From a virus (Duplodnaviria > Caudoviricetes), in the IMG/VR virus record IMGVR_UViG_3300036389_000008, positions 1 through 53,025 of that record: DNA of 53,025 nt. One strand, given 5' to 3'. Shown one piece after another: positions 28,301 to 37,079 of this stretch; position 1 is the first letter of the stretch, and every line of letters starts with the position of its first letter. Under the pieces are notes generated by a model. It was not told the origin of the DNA and searched no databases. It saw only the letters and a program-made list of their open reading frames with translations. A program made the translations under genes and the position numbers.

Positions 28301-28803
28301 AGGCCGGAATTGTTTTGAGCCGACCGCTCCCGCAGTATGCCGAAGGAAAAAACGTCGACGATAATTATGCAGGACCGGCCGTAGTTGGCGAGGCTGGCCG
28401 GGAAATCTGGATGCACAATGGTCAAGCCCAATTAGTCAATCAGGCTTCGGTTGTGAACGTCGGGCGAAACGATGTTATCTACCCGAACCACATTACGGAA
28501 AAGCTCCTACGGGGTGAATACATGGAAGGCAGTGCCATTATGAACCGGAATCAACGGCAACGACAATCGACCGATTCAATGGCTTATAACCGAGAAACCT
28601 ATCAATCGGGCTTGATTGCCCGCGCAATGGGCTGGGGTGGACCATCCGCCAAAGCCATTGGCAAAGCAGTGGGGGATGAAATCGCCAACCATCCAAAATA
28701 CGCGCTTTCGTGGGATAAAAACGGTTTCAACGTCTACCAGCACGACGCAGCTACTCGTCGGCAAACACAACGCAATAAACACCAGATTGGCAAACGGTCA
28801 TGA
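25354..28803 (+). CDS. Tape measure protein
   Basis: About 1150 aa coiled coil; KMVSSGNVQMDELRSELGEHLPGA tape-measure domain; YAEG...VGEAGRE. Confidence 0.92.
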   Translation: MINFDDIINGSGVLKGLNKLEQATIKYGDVAVAQNKRAEESLASLATKITEYRGQVAGLNNTQKGARTQVDGMKDGVDKLLKSYQNYQELLKRNQQQLDLNTASIKAIKGRLADLRVEYESLDRKEAQSVARRKEIAKETRATAVILNTLTKAIQEDTRATEAAENSYRALDLQTQKLRADLKGMKDAFDPLTGEINKHNRAAVEMQQQIMRNDRALKQADESMGLHGRSVGDYGNALHSLSTGGLQGVLGAVEDIGYGMVAGSANAEKYAARISVVAGGIAVAIAAISSFVETAEKMDRVDAMLKAVSRDSADFSRTQQFLLGLADKLGLEYSDLADTYKNLKAATKDTKLEGRETEKIYAAIATAGARLKLGNEAVEGSLRAVAKMVSSGNVQMDELRSELGEHLPGALRILGEALGISQTQLNKMVEQGEILAVDALPKLAEGYDKAYGLKQNEKIQSIAASTNRVTNETGLLVKTMNESKGIARFWATITSGAQAALRDIRLLVQDGAWGDLIALATPGGFALTANKRKDLRDKEDAVNEFSGLDAAARKKYLKDLEQAEADLIVAGETEKANKTRSIRRKLADIDRRAIVAERQESARQELIADKEAIEKNETDKTRFLKQSVKKRTAEIIALEKQLDADPQNEILAKKLDVYRKLDAEQKARDKEVADRLKTAKPDDDSAFEKLDKEIDKVSKKLEKQILTGGVNPKLADDLARLTKQAKEAREQLERIENGWFNKPVLSGKTVNPIFTSDLDRLGEKPLITGRRDKEGNLLTDAQIKAEEDKRLAAQTANLLKQGEILQEYGIKRYELEFDFSRTLTGLRNDQKAELLNLLQQQQEAEQAGNNKDLENLRRLFAQKKELYQQDAQDRREIAMKAVEIGSTLVNGLFDIEQQRNQNALVDLQKRKDYELSLVGDNEASKSAIERKYADQSKQIQRDQDLAARNQALFNIAINTAVEVSKSLSKPGLAVAIALLGAVQAGIVLSRPLPQYAEGKNVDDNYAGPAVVGEAGREIWMHNGQAQLVNQASVVNVGRNDVIYPNHITEKLLRGEYMEGSAIMNRNQRQRQSTDSMAYNRETYQSGLIARAMGWGGPSAKAIGKAVGDEIANHPKYALSWDKNGFNVYQHDAATRRQTQRNKHQIGKRS

Positions 28804-31502
28804 TCGAATTTCGTTTAGCGTCAAAAGTAAAAATGATCGGCATTGACGAGCCGGTGTTAGTGAATCCGGATATTAAGGAGCCGATAAAGTGGTCTGACAT
28901 ACCCTTAGTTGGGTCGGTGGATAAGCGCTTCCATGGCTTTCTGGAAAGCTATAATGAAGGGGATCTGAAGCTCGACTTTACGTGTGATTCCGGGCAGCAG
29001 TTGTTGAAAGATCAGTACTATGCCTACGGTACGGATGCATACGTACAATTTTTTGTCGTCGATGTCGATCGGTCCGGCCAAGAATACATTGATTTTTCAG
29101 GTAAAATTGATTACGAAACGATTGAGATATTGCCCGGTCGGGTGTCGGTCAGCATCGTCACCAATGACGATCATGACAAGGTGAATAGCCGATGGGAAAC
29201 ACCTATCGACTTGTCAAGTCCAATCAGTCTGGATAACGTCGGTTTTTCGGTTACGCCCGCTATCCAGATTCCGCTATACGGCCAAACCGTTCACGAAATT
29301 GGCGAATATAAATGGACCGACCGGCAGACCGAGAATGCCAATTTTTCCGCTGGCTACGACCACGGCGGAACCTTTTACGTTCTGCCAGGTATGACCAAGC
29401 AGTTGCCCGTTTCCCTGACGGCCTTGCCTAATGCCCTGCCGGCCCTAAGCACACTGAGCGGAGTAAACACCCTGGCGGCCACTATCGCTCCGCTATCCAT
29501 TCAGCCGCCGAGTTTAGTTGATGTATCGGCCACAACTGCTGGCGATTACCACCTTGAAGTAGACTGGAATTTTAAGGTTAACGTCGTACTGAGTAAGCCG
29601 ACCTTTTCCATTGGTAAGCCCAAATTTGCGTTACTTCGCTTTGAGCCAATACTGATCATCAACAAGCCGGGTGCGGCTCCACAGACCATTGCGCTGGCTC
29701 CGGCAAAATCCGGGGATGGCTATACCAACAGCGTCGAACACGCTTTTACTGTTAACTACAAAGGTGATTTCGATTGGCCGGTAGGCACCCAGGCCTATCT
29801 ATTTTGTAAAATACCTGCGTTTACCGTGCAAACGATTTCGCAAATCGGCCTTACGCTCGAAACCAGTACCATTCGCGTGCAGGTCGAACGAAAAACGAGT
29901 GCTGAGTCGACCCGCACGCAGGCCTATTTGCTGTCAGATGCGCTGAAGCATATCGTTGGTGCCATTACCTCCAATGTTATCGCCGGTGGCACTGGAGCCG
30001 CGTACGGTAGCCTGATCGATGCCGCCAGTGGATCCCAGGCCTTCGATGGAGCGGCTACCGAATATGCGATTACCAACGGCTCTTTACTGCGCGGAATGAA
30101 CAAAGCAGGCAGTTTTTCCATGAAAGATTTAATGGAAACACTTTGGGCGTTGCACCGGGCTGGTATTCTCTACGAAGCTAACCCGGTAACCGGCCAGCGC
30201 TCTTTACGGATCGAAGAAGGGGCTTGGTTCTATCGGGGTGAGGAAATTGCAGTGATTGAGGAAGTATTCGAATATTCCGAAGACCCTGACCTGGACTTGC
30301 TTTTCAATAAGATCACTGTCGGTTATGCTAAATATCCGGATTCTGGCGCGGGCGTAACTGAGGAATTCAATACAGTTCATACCTACCAGACACCCCTGGT
30401 TAATCGGGTGGCTACCGAAGAAATTTTATGCCCACTCATTGGGGCAGGAACTCAGATTGAAATGGCAAGGCGGTTGGGTATAACGCAACTGGTCAATGGC
30501 GTTTCACAATCATCAACTGATGCTGGCGCCTACGATGATGACGGATTTATCATTCACGTTCGATCAACCGTGCACGCGGACACGTTCACGTTTATTGTAA
30601 ATGCACCGACGGCTCAGAAGCCGTATGTATCGCATTATTTAAAATTTTCCTCCAATATCATTACCCGGTTAGCGGGCGGTGTCATTCTGAAAATTGGCGA
30701 TAAAATCACCATTTCCGGTACCGGTACGGTTAATGATGGGAAGACTTACACGATTTCGGCTGTATCGGGACTTCTGTTTTTATCCATATCACCTACTTAC
30801 GAAGTTAAACCGGATGTGCCCATGGTGGCGGCAGGTCCAATTGCTGGTAGTTGGCGCGTAACCGGCCAAACCGTTCAGCCGAGGACCAACGAGCGGTTGG
30901 ATGTTTCAGGAATAGCTGATCCGGCAACGACTTATAATCTAGAGCTTTCACCCGCCCGAATGCTACGTCGGCATGCTGCCTGGATAAATTCCGGGCTGGC
31001 TTACAAAAAGACGACGGAAGTCCTGCGGTGTACATCCTACAAGCAAAACGGAACGATGTCGACGCAGGCTAAAAGCAGCGCCAGTCCATTGCCCGGCGAC
31101 CCGGATAAGCAGTTCATTAAAGAGGTAGGCGATATTCCCCTTGGCGCCTTGGCTCGGTTTGAAAAGCTGTTTTCACCAGAACTGATCAAGGTCCAGTGTC
31201 GGATTCCGCGTGAAGTGCGCCGGGAAATCTTTGCGGCCATGACGAACCGGCATACAGACCCAGACAAGAACCTGGGGTATCTGACCATTCGGAATCCGGA
31301 TAAAAATCTGGTTTCAGGTTACCTTCGGGAAATACGGTACAATTATTCGTCGGAGGTGGCAGATCTGATTTTGCGGAAGCGGAAGCCCATCGTCGATGCC
31401 AACGGGTTTACCTGCAATGATTATGCGAACATGACGGTTGCCGAGTTAGCCCAGATCGACCCGCAGTTTTACATGTTCTGTTTATATTCTGATTTCGCCT
31501 GA
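28800..31502 (+). CDS. Tail tip / hub protein
   Basis: 900 aa directly after tape measure; YNLELSPARML. Confidence 0.65.
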   Translation: MIEFRLASKVKMIGIDEPVLVNPDIKEPIKWSDIPLVGSVDKRFHGFLESYNEGDLKLDFTCDSGQQLLKDQYYAYGTDAYVQFFVVDVDRSGQEYIDFSGKIDYETIEILPGRVSVSIVTNDDHDKVNSRWETPIDLSSPISLDNVGFSVTPAIQIPLYGQTVHEIGEYKWTDRQTENANFSAGYDHGGTFYVLPGMTKQLPVSLTALPNALPALSTLSGVNTLAATIAPLSIQPPSLVDVSATTAGDYHLEVDWNFKVNVVLSKPTFSIGKPKFALLRFEPILIINKPGAAPQTIALAPAKSGDGYTNSVEHAFTVNYKGDFDWPVGTQAYLFCKIPAFTVQTISQIGLTLETSTIRVQVERKTSAESTRTQAYLLSDALKHIVGAITSNVIAGGTGAAYGSLIDAASGSQAFDGAATEYAITNGSLLRGMNKAGSFSMKDLMETLWALHRAGILYEANPVTGQRSLRIEEGAWFYRGEEIAVIEEVFEYSEDPDLDLLFNKITVGYAKYPDSGAGVTEEFNTVHTYQTPLVNRVATEEILCPLIGAGTQIEMARRLGITQLVNGVSQSSTDAGAYDDDGFIIHVRSTVHADTFTFIVNAPTAQKPYVSHYLKFSSNIITRLAGGVILKIGDKITISGTGTVNDGKTYTISAVSGLLFLSISPTYEVKPDVPMVAAGPIAGSWRVTGQTVQPRTNERLDVSGIADPATTYNLELSPARMLRRHAAWINSGLAYKKTTEVLRCTSYKQNGTMSTQAKSSASPLPGDPDKQFIKEVGDIPLGALARFEKLFSPELIKVQCRIPREVRREIFAAMTNRHTDPDKNLGYLTIRNPDKNLVSGYLREIRYNYSSEVADLILRKRKPIVDANGFTCNDYANMTVAELAQIDPQFYMFCLYSDFA

Positions 31503-31528
31503 GTTGTTGTAATTCAGGCCTCCTTTTG

Positions 31529-31601
31529 TATTTTTGGTTCACAATGCCCCTCTACCGGACGGAGCGGCTGCTACTTCACCTATTTCAGCAGCTTCGTTCC
31601 G
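31529..31601 (+). promoter_or_regulatory. -7 box (TATTTTTG) plus CTACCGGACGG copy 5 with start-proximal stem
   Basis: Motif 31552-31562; CGGAGCG/CGTTCCG and GCTGCT/AGCAGC stems end at 31601; ATG at 31602. Confidence 0.7.
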
Positions 31602-32246
31602 ATGGCCGATATCAATCTCATCCTGCCGGGGGATCAAATCAATGTTTTTCGGGAAAAGGCCAATACAGCGTTCGGCGAGATTATTGTCGGTCTCGAACTA
31701 ACGCCCGACGGTATTTTTAAAGCCACCCGGCTTAGTGGGGAAGTCGTCGAATTAAATTTCTCACTGGTATTTCAACTCCTGGCCGGTGGCGGTAATTCAG
31801 GCTCAATCCCCTCTGCATCGCCTACAGAACTGGGTACAGTTCAGCTCTATGACGAGGACGACACCACTCAAATTACCAGCGAAACACGCGTTCCATCAAT
31901 TGCCACGGTCGTTCGTCTTCTTGATCAACGGCTAACCGGCCTTGGTGGAGGCCGTGGCCCCTACAACTGGTCAAAATCCTACAATGAGGAGGCTCAGCAG
32001 CTAACCATTACCATTATTACGGATGGTAATACGCCCCAACTGCGTCTTTTCGACATGGGCAATGCTCAGGGCTGGCAGGTAGCCCAAGCGGTAGTCGGTC
32101 AGACGAATCGATTCAGCTTCACCTTCACCAACGTAACCCAGAACGGCACGCTCGGCATTCGGGCGAACGTAGACGGTACCGTCGCACCAGGGGACCGGAT
32201 GCCGGTCGATATCTACGCCGAGGATTTTTTCGACTTTTCCAACTAA
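31602..32246 (+). CDS. Tail/fibre-associated protein
   Basis: ASPTELGTVQL fibre-like repeat. Confidence 0.55.
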   Translation: MADINLILPGDQINVFREKANTAFGEIIVGLELTPDGIFKATRLSGEVVELNFSLVFQLLAGGGNSGSIPSASPTELGTVQLYDEDDTTQITSETRVPSIATVVRLLDQRLTGLGGGRGPYNWSKSYNEEAQQLTITIITDGNTPQLRLFDMGNAQGWQVAQAVVGQTNRFSFTFTNVTQNGTLGIRANVDGTVAPGDRMPVDIYAEDFFDFSN

Positions 32247-32253
32247 GCCTGCT

Positions 32254-32829
32254 ATGATCTTCTACAATCGACAGCAGGCGAAGCAGTTTTTCCGGAAGCT
32301 GGGCCAGGAACTGAACGAGTTACGAAATCGAATCTTCGATACGGAGGCTGGTATTTCGGCTTACCATAAACTGCGCAATCAGGTTTTTCAGCAAAATGGC
32401 GCGGTCTGGACATTCGTCGCCGGAAGTACCAAACCTCTTACGCCGGGTCGGGTCATTGCCGCGCATACCGACAAAGGTGTAGGCCGCTGGGAGCGAGATA
32501 CGTCCCTGCTGAGTGACGATCTGTTAGTTCTCTATCCCAACCTGCCCAACTTCCAAAGCCAGACCCAGGCCGATGGTCGGTACCGCAAACTAGCGGATAA
32601 GGTACCCTACGCCGAACTGTCAGGAAAACCGGATTTGACCATTTACCAGACCCTAACCCAAACTGACAACCGGTACCGAAAGCTGGCCGATCAGGTTCCC
32701 TTTGCTGATCTGTCCGGTGCGCAGGCTGGCCTTTTGGCCCTGTTTCCAGAACTACGCTACAGCATCGGCGGGGCAGTACGGGGCGTGTATCCCCAATTCT
32801 CCGCCGAGTTTTCCGATGATTTTGCTTAA
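32254..32829 (+). CDS. Fibre-associated protein with internal repeat
   Basis: TQxDxRYRKLADxVPxAxLSG twice; C-terminal FSAEFSDDFA. Confidence 0.55.
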   Translation: MIFYNRQQAKQFFRKLGQELNELRNRIFDTEAGISAYHKLRNQVFQQNGAVWTFVAGSTKPLTPGRVIAAHTDKGVGRWERDTSLLSDDLLVLYPNLPNFQSQTQADGRYRKLADKVPYAELSGKPDLTIYQTLTQTDNRYRKLADQVPFADLSGAQAGLLALFPELRYSIGGAVRGVYPQFSAEFSDDFA

Positions 32830-32844
32830 CCCCCACCCGCACCG

Positions 32845-34896
32845 ATGAGCGACAACCGACCCCTATTTCTTCAGGTATTCGACACCCTTGCGGCCGGGGC
32901 TGCCCGGTACTGGCCATGGCCGAAGAATCGCCTGGACCGCCCGGTTTTGTCGGGTAAAGCCAAAGAGCTGTTTTCGGCTTCGCTCCGCACCAATCCCGAT
33001 GGGCTAACCACCCAGCTCGTAACGGATCTGCCCGATGGTGCCCGGAGCGCCGAAGCGGCTGAAACGGACGATTTACAGGGCATTACCAACCAGGGCAACC
33101 AAACCGACGACCATCTGATCACAAACGGCTATACCATGGAACAGTTCCCCACTGTCGAGCAGGCGACACTAATAGCCGTCATCGACAACGACACCTACCC
33201 CAATTACAACCAGGGCACCAAGGATTTACAAGGTATTAAGGCCATGAGCCTGACCAACCTGGCGGCTCAGTTAAAACCACTGCTGGATGAGTTGCCAAGC
33301 GTTGATGCGCCGATCGCTTCGGTCATTGGTCGTTACCGGGTTGTGGCCGATGCAGTCAGTCTGAAAGAAATTCGAATCGGTGGGGTGCTCGGCCTGGCCA
33401 AAGGTTCGTCAACGCCCAAAAGCGTCACGGCCTATTATACCGATGGTTCGACGCAGGACGTCACCGGCTCCGCGTCCAAATCAGTGTCTAATGATGCGCT
33501 GGCCAGTTGGTCGTTGGATGGGACGCTTACGGCCGCAGCCGGTTTGGGCAATAATACCATCGTGCTGACAGCGACGTATCAGGGAAAGAGTTTTACCCAG
33601 ACTGTGGCCCTGTCGGGTGACACGGCACCCTACGAAGTGAGCCGGGGTTTTTCGGGTCTTGGGTCACTAACCGAAGGTAGCGGATTGAGCCTGAGCATTA
33701 ATGTGGTCTCGCACATGTCCTCCGGGCCGGACCAACCGTTTACAGGCGGGAAGACCTACAGCAAAGCCGACGAGTTTCCTCCGGGTGCGGGACTGACGCT
33801 GATCAGTGGTGGTGGGGTGAGCGTATCAGCCCCCAATGCCAACACGCTACAGGCCGATCAGGTGCGTCATATCCGGTGCATGTTTGATGATGGTACGGCC
33901 ATCGAAGGCGAAATCACCTTCGTCAATACCGACGATGTGAACTTGCCGATGACAGGCGTCTCGGGGTTTACGCCCCAACTCTTCGATACGCCCCTGGCCG
34001 CCAATGTCCTGCCGACCGGCTGGCTCAAACCCAACGGCGGCAGCTGGCAGGTGGGCAGTGGGGAACTGTGCCAAAATTCGGACAGCACCTACGACGATAA
34101 TTACGTGGCGGTGATCACCGAAAACGGCACCTACCAACCGGCTAACTCAACGATCATCAAAGCCATCATTACACCCCGCTCATTTACCAACAACAGCGAA
34201 ACAACCCGCTTTGGCGTCGGTCTTCGGCACGGCACCAGTGCCAATTCGGGCGGGTATAATCTACTTTTTTATAACAATACCGGTTACGTCGAATTCCTGC
34301 ACGATGGGCAGGCGCATGGGCCGCACTATGCTTTCAACTGGCAGGGAAATGTACAATACGGCTTTCTGCTGGAGTACATGGAAACGCCCGATGGGCTGGC
34401 TACGCTGCGGGGCCGCATCTGGAAGATGACCGATGTCGAACCGACCACCTACCCATACCAGTGGGTTGGCGTTCCTCGCCAGTCGGGTTACCCAGCCCTG
34501 ATTTTAGGTGCCTGCCTGACGGCGGGGGAGCCGTCCAAAGCCTGCTGTCAGGAAGTCTACACCTTCAAGCCTAATACGCCCCAGATTGATACGATCTGGT
34601 GTAAGCGCCGGGCGGATTCGTCGGGCAATATCAACATCAATCTCGTCGTACAGGGAACCGGCCGTTTTGAATACCAGATGGTCAAAACTCCGCTGGAGGA
34701 TTACGTCGGCTTCATCCTGCCCTCCGCGACCGAACCCACATCGGCCACCTCCGGATCGGTTATTTCCACCACGGCCAGCGACATGACTGACCCGGCTTCG
34801 GTGCGCATTCGGGTCGAAGGCGATGATTCGACGGCTCAAACCGTCCTTATTCCGGCCGCTACCAACACCTGGACTAAAGTTTATCAACGCTCATGA
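32845..34896 (+). CDS. Tail protein with Ig-like and lectin-like beta-sandwich domains
   Basis: VTAYYTDGSTQDVT...LTATYQGK Ig-like motif. Confidence 0.6.
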   Translation: MSDNRPLFLQVFDTLAAGAARYWPWPKNRLDRPVLSGKAKELFSASLRTNPDGLTTQLVTDLPDGARSAEAAETDDLQGITNQGNQTDDHLITNGYTMEQFPTVEQATLIAVIDNDTYPNYNQGTKDLQGIKAMSLTNLAAQLKPLLDELPSVDAPIASVIGRYRVVADAVSLKEIRIGGVLGLAKGSSTPKSVTAYYTDGSTQDVTGSASKSVSNDALASWSLDGTLTAAAGLGNNTIVLTATYQGKSFTQTVALSGDTAPYEVSRGFSGLGSLTEGSGLSLSINVVSHMSSGPDQPFTGGKTYSKADEFPPGAGLTLISGGGVSVSAPNANTLQADQVRHIRCMFDDGTAIEGEITFVNTDDVNLPMTGVSGFTPQLFDTPLAANVLPTGWLKPNGGSWQVGSGELCQNSDSTYDDNYVAVITENGTYQPANSTIIKAIITPRSFTNNSETTRFGVGLRHGTSANSGGYNLLFYNNTGYVEFLHDGQAHGPHYAFNWQGNVQYGFLLEYMETPDGLATLRGRIWKMTDVEPTTYPYQWVGVPRQSGYPALILGACLTAGEPSKACCQEVYTFKPNTPQIDTIWCKRRADSSGNININLVVQGTGRFEYQMVKTPLEDYVGFILPSATEPTSATSGSVISTTASDMTDPASVRIRVEGDDSTAQTVLIPAATNTWTKVYQRS

Positions 34897-37076
34897 GTAC
34901 TTTGCAAGAAAACGACATCATCGATGTTTTTTTAACGCCGGAGGGCGAACAGACCTTTCGGCTGATGCCAGCCGGTACCGATTGCTCGGTCGATCTAACC
35001 ACGCTCAGTCAGGCCATTAGTCTGGCCAGGTCGGGTGATCTGCTGGCCGCTTCGGCACTCCTGCCCGGTTATCATATTGAATCGCTGGGCTGCGCCTTTA
35101 ACGACGAGCTGTTTCTATTGACCAGCGATGCGGATTATACCGAAGTCGAGGCCGGTACCGGATCTGGCTTCGATTATTCCTACCAGCCGGCGATCGCAGC
35201 CGGTCAGGATTTCTTAGGCACACCCATTCAGACCTCGGCAGCACCACGGCTCACGGCCATTGCCCAGATCAAACCACGGCCCAAGGGCAACTGGTATCCC
35301 CTGCCGGAGCAGACTGCGCTGAACGTCGCTAAGCCCGACCGGATACCACCGTTTGTGGCGCGGGGCATGATCAGCTACGCTGGTGGTTTCTACAGTGAGG
35401 AGATCAATAACCAGTTCGACGAGCGGTTTACGCATTTCGCTGAATCGGCGCAGTGGCCGGGGGGTACGTATCCGACCACCCGCAAACGCATGATCGAGCA
35501 GGCCTTTTACCAGCAGGCCTGGGAATGCGCCAACGCGCTGGCTGATCCGAATTTTATCCAGAATGTGCCCGATCGGGACACCGTTCGCCAGCAGCTCTAC
35601 GACTGGAGCTCACGTCAGGCCAGCGGCCCGGACAATGGGTATGAAGGAAATCACATCCTGATCACTAGTGAAGAGGCCTGCAAATGGTACGCCCTCTACA
35701 TTTACCTGCTGTTCAATACGCCCGACTGGAAGGGAGCTGGCGTCGATGCTTTTTCGATCAATCAGGAGGTCAACACCCGGCGCGAGGAAGGCGGTTTGAC
35801 GGCCTACCAGCAGTGGTACCAGCAGGGGGCGTGGCTGGTGAAGTGGATTCTGTCCTGGGCGGCTACGGGTGGCAACAACACCATGATCAGCGTGCTGACT
35901 GACCACGGTAACCTGACTCACCCAAACCCCGAATACTACGCTGATCCGGTGAATGGCGATCCGAATCTGCCGGGCTACATGCATTACAGCACGATGCCCG
36001 AATACATCCGGGGGACGAGCCAGAGCGACCCGATCGGTAATACGACGCTGCTGTCGCAACAGGTCCGATCGGGCAAAGCGACCATCGGCTCGAATACCTA
36101 CTGCCGGGCTACGCGCTCAGCCAGCATGTTCGAGAAAAATTCGGATGGCACCTTTAAGATCGTCAATGGCGAGCCGGTTCTGCGCACCGATAAACGGACG
36201 GTGACCATCAACGGGCAAACCTGCATTCTGACCCGTTTTGATGGCTACCGGGCGCTGGTGGGACATTACAACATGCTGGCCCGGTATCTGGCGAATGATT
36301 TCTTTCTGGCGGGCTGTGTGCACCTGGCTGATTATAATACCCGCAAATCAGGCTACGAAGCGATCCAGCTATCGGGCGCTTACCGGCTGGATACCGAAGT
36401 GCCACCGGAAGTGGATCAGCTGGGACTATCGCCTGACGAGGTGGATTCGCTTAATAATCGTCCGCTCTATGGTCCCTGGGCCGAATCCTGGGCCTTCTGG
36501 CTGTATATGCATAACCCCATCATTCGGGGCTTTATGGAGAATCAGCCCATGACGGTGCTGGGGGCTGATAATGGCAAAAAGTCCAAAGCCAGAGCCTCAG
36601 TCGAGACGACGTTGAAGGGTTTCCAACGGGCGGCCAATTTCAACTGGCTGTTTACGGTACCACACAAGATCGGCTACGCCAAGCTGCCCATTTTCAAGAA
36701 TTACACCGATTTCACCAGTGAGCGGTATGAGCAGTTCTGGCGTAAACCGGCCATGCAGGTGCGGATTGCGACCAAAGACGGTCTGCCGACGTTGTGGTTT
36801 GCCGGTGAAATGCCCTGGCAGGATGAAGGCGTAATGACCGACGGCGTTTTGTGGGGTGATAACGGGGCTGGCGTAGTGACGCCGGGCTACAAAGTCACCT
36901 TCGACGGACCGATTTTAACGGCGGATTATTTCTCGCTACCCTCGGCAGCAACGGGCCTTTTGCCCAAGCACATCTACCTGCAGCTGACGGATATGACCGG
37001 CGAGCTGCTCACCTTCCGGTTTGACTACCGGGAAGCCCGCATTACCAATCACCCCACCCCTCCGTCACTAGCCTAG
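34893..37076 (+). CDS. Large hypothetical protein, possibly carbohydrate-active
   Basis: 727 aa, Trp/Tyr-rich; no motif recognised with confidence. Confidence 0.5.
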   Translation: MSTLQENDIIDVFLTPEGEQTFRLMPAGTDCSVDLTTLSQAISLARSGDLLAASALLPGYHIESLGCAFNDELFLLTSDADYTEVEAGTGSGFDYSYQPAIAAGQDFLGTPIQTSAAPRLTAIAQIKPRPKGNWYPLPEQTALNVAKPDRIPPFVARGMISYAGGFYSEEINNQFDERFTHFAESAQWPGGTYPTTRKRMIEQAFYQQAWECANALADPNFIQNVPDRDTVRQQLYDWSSRQASGPDNGYEGNHILITSEEACKWYALYIYLLFNTPDWKGAGVDAFSINQEVNTRREEGGLTAYQQWYQQGAWLVKWILSWAATGGNNTMISVLTDHGNLTHPNPEYYADPVNGDPNLPGYMHYSTMPEYIRGTSQSDPIGNTTLLSQQVRSGKATIGSNTYCRATRSASMFEKNSDGTFKIVNGEPVLRTDKRTVTINGQTCILTRFDGYRALVGHYNMLARYLANDFFLAGCVHLADYNTRKSGYEAIQLSGAYRLDTEVPPEVDQLGLSPDEVDSLNNRPLYGPWAESWAFWLYMHNPIIRGFMENQPMTVLGADNGKKSKARASVETTLKGFQRAANFNWLFTVPHKIGYAKLPIFKNYTDFTSERYEQFWRKPAMQVRIATKDGLPTLWFAGEMPWQDEGVMTDGVLWGDNGAGVVTPGYKVTFDGPILTADYFSLPSAATGLLPKHIYLQLTDMTGELLTFRFDYREARITNHPTPPSLA

Positions 37077-37079
37077 TCC

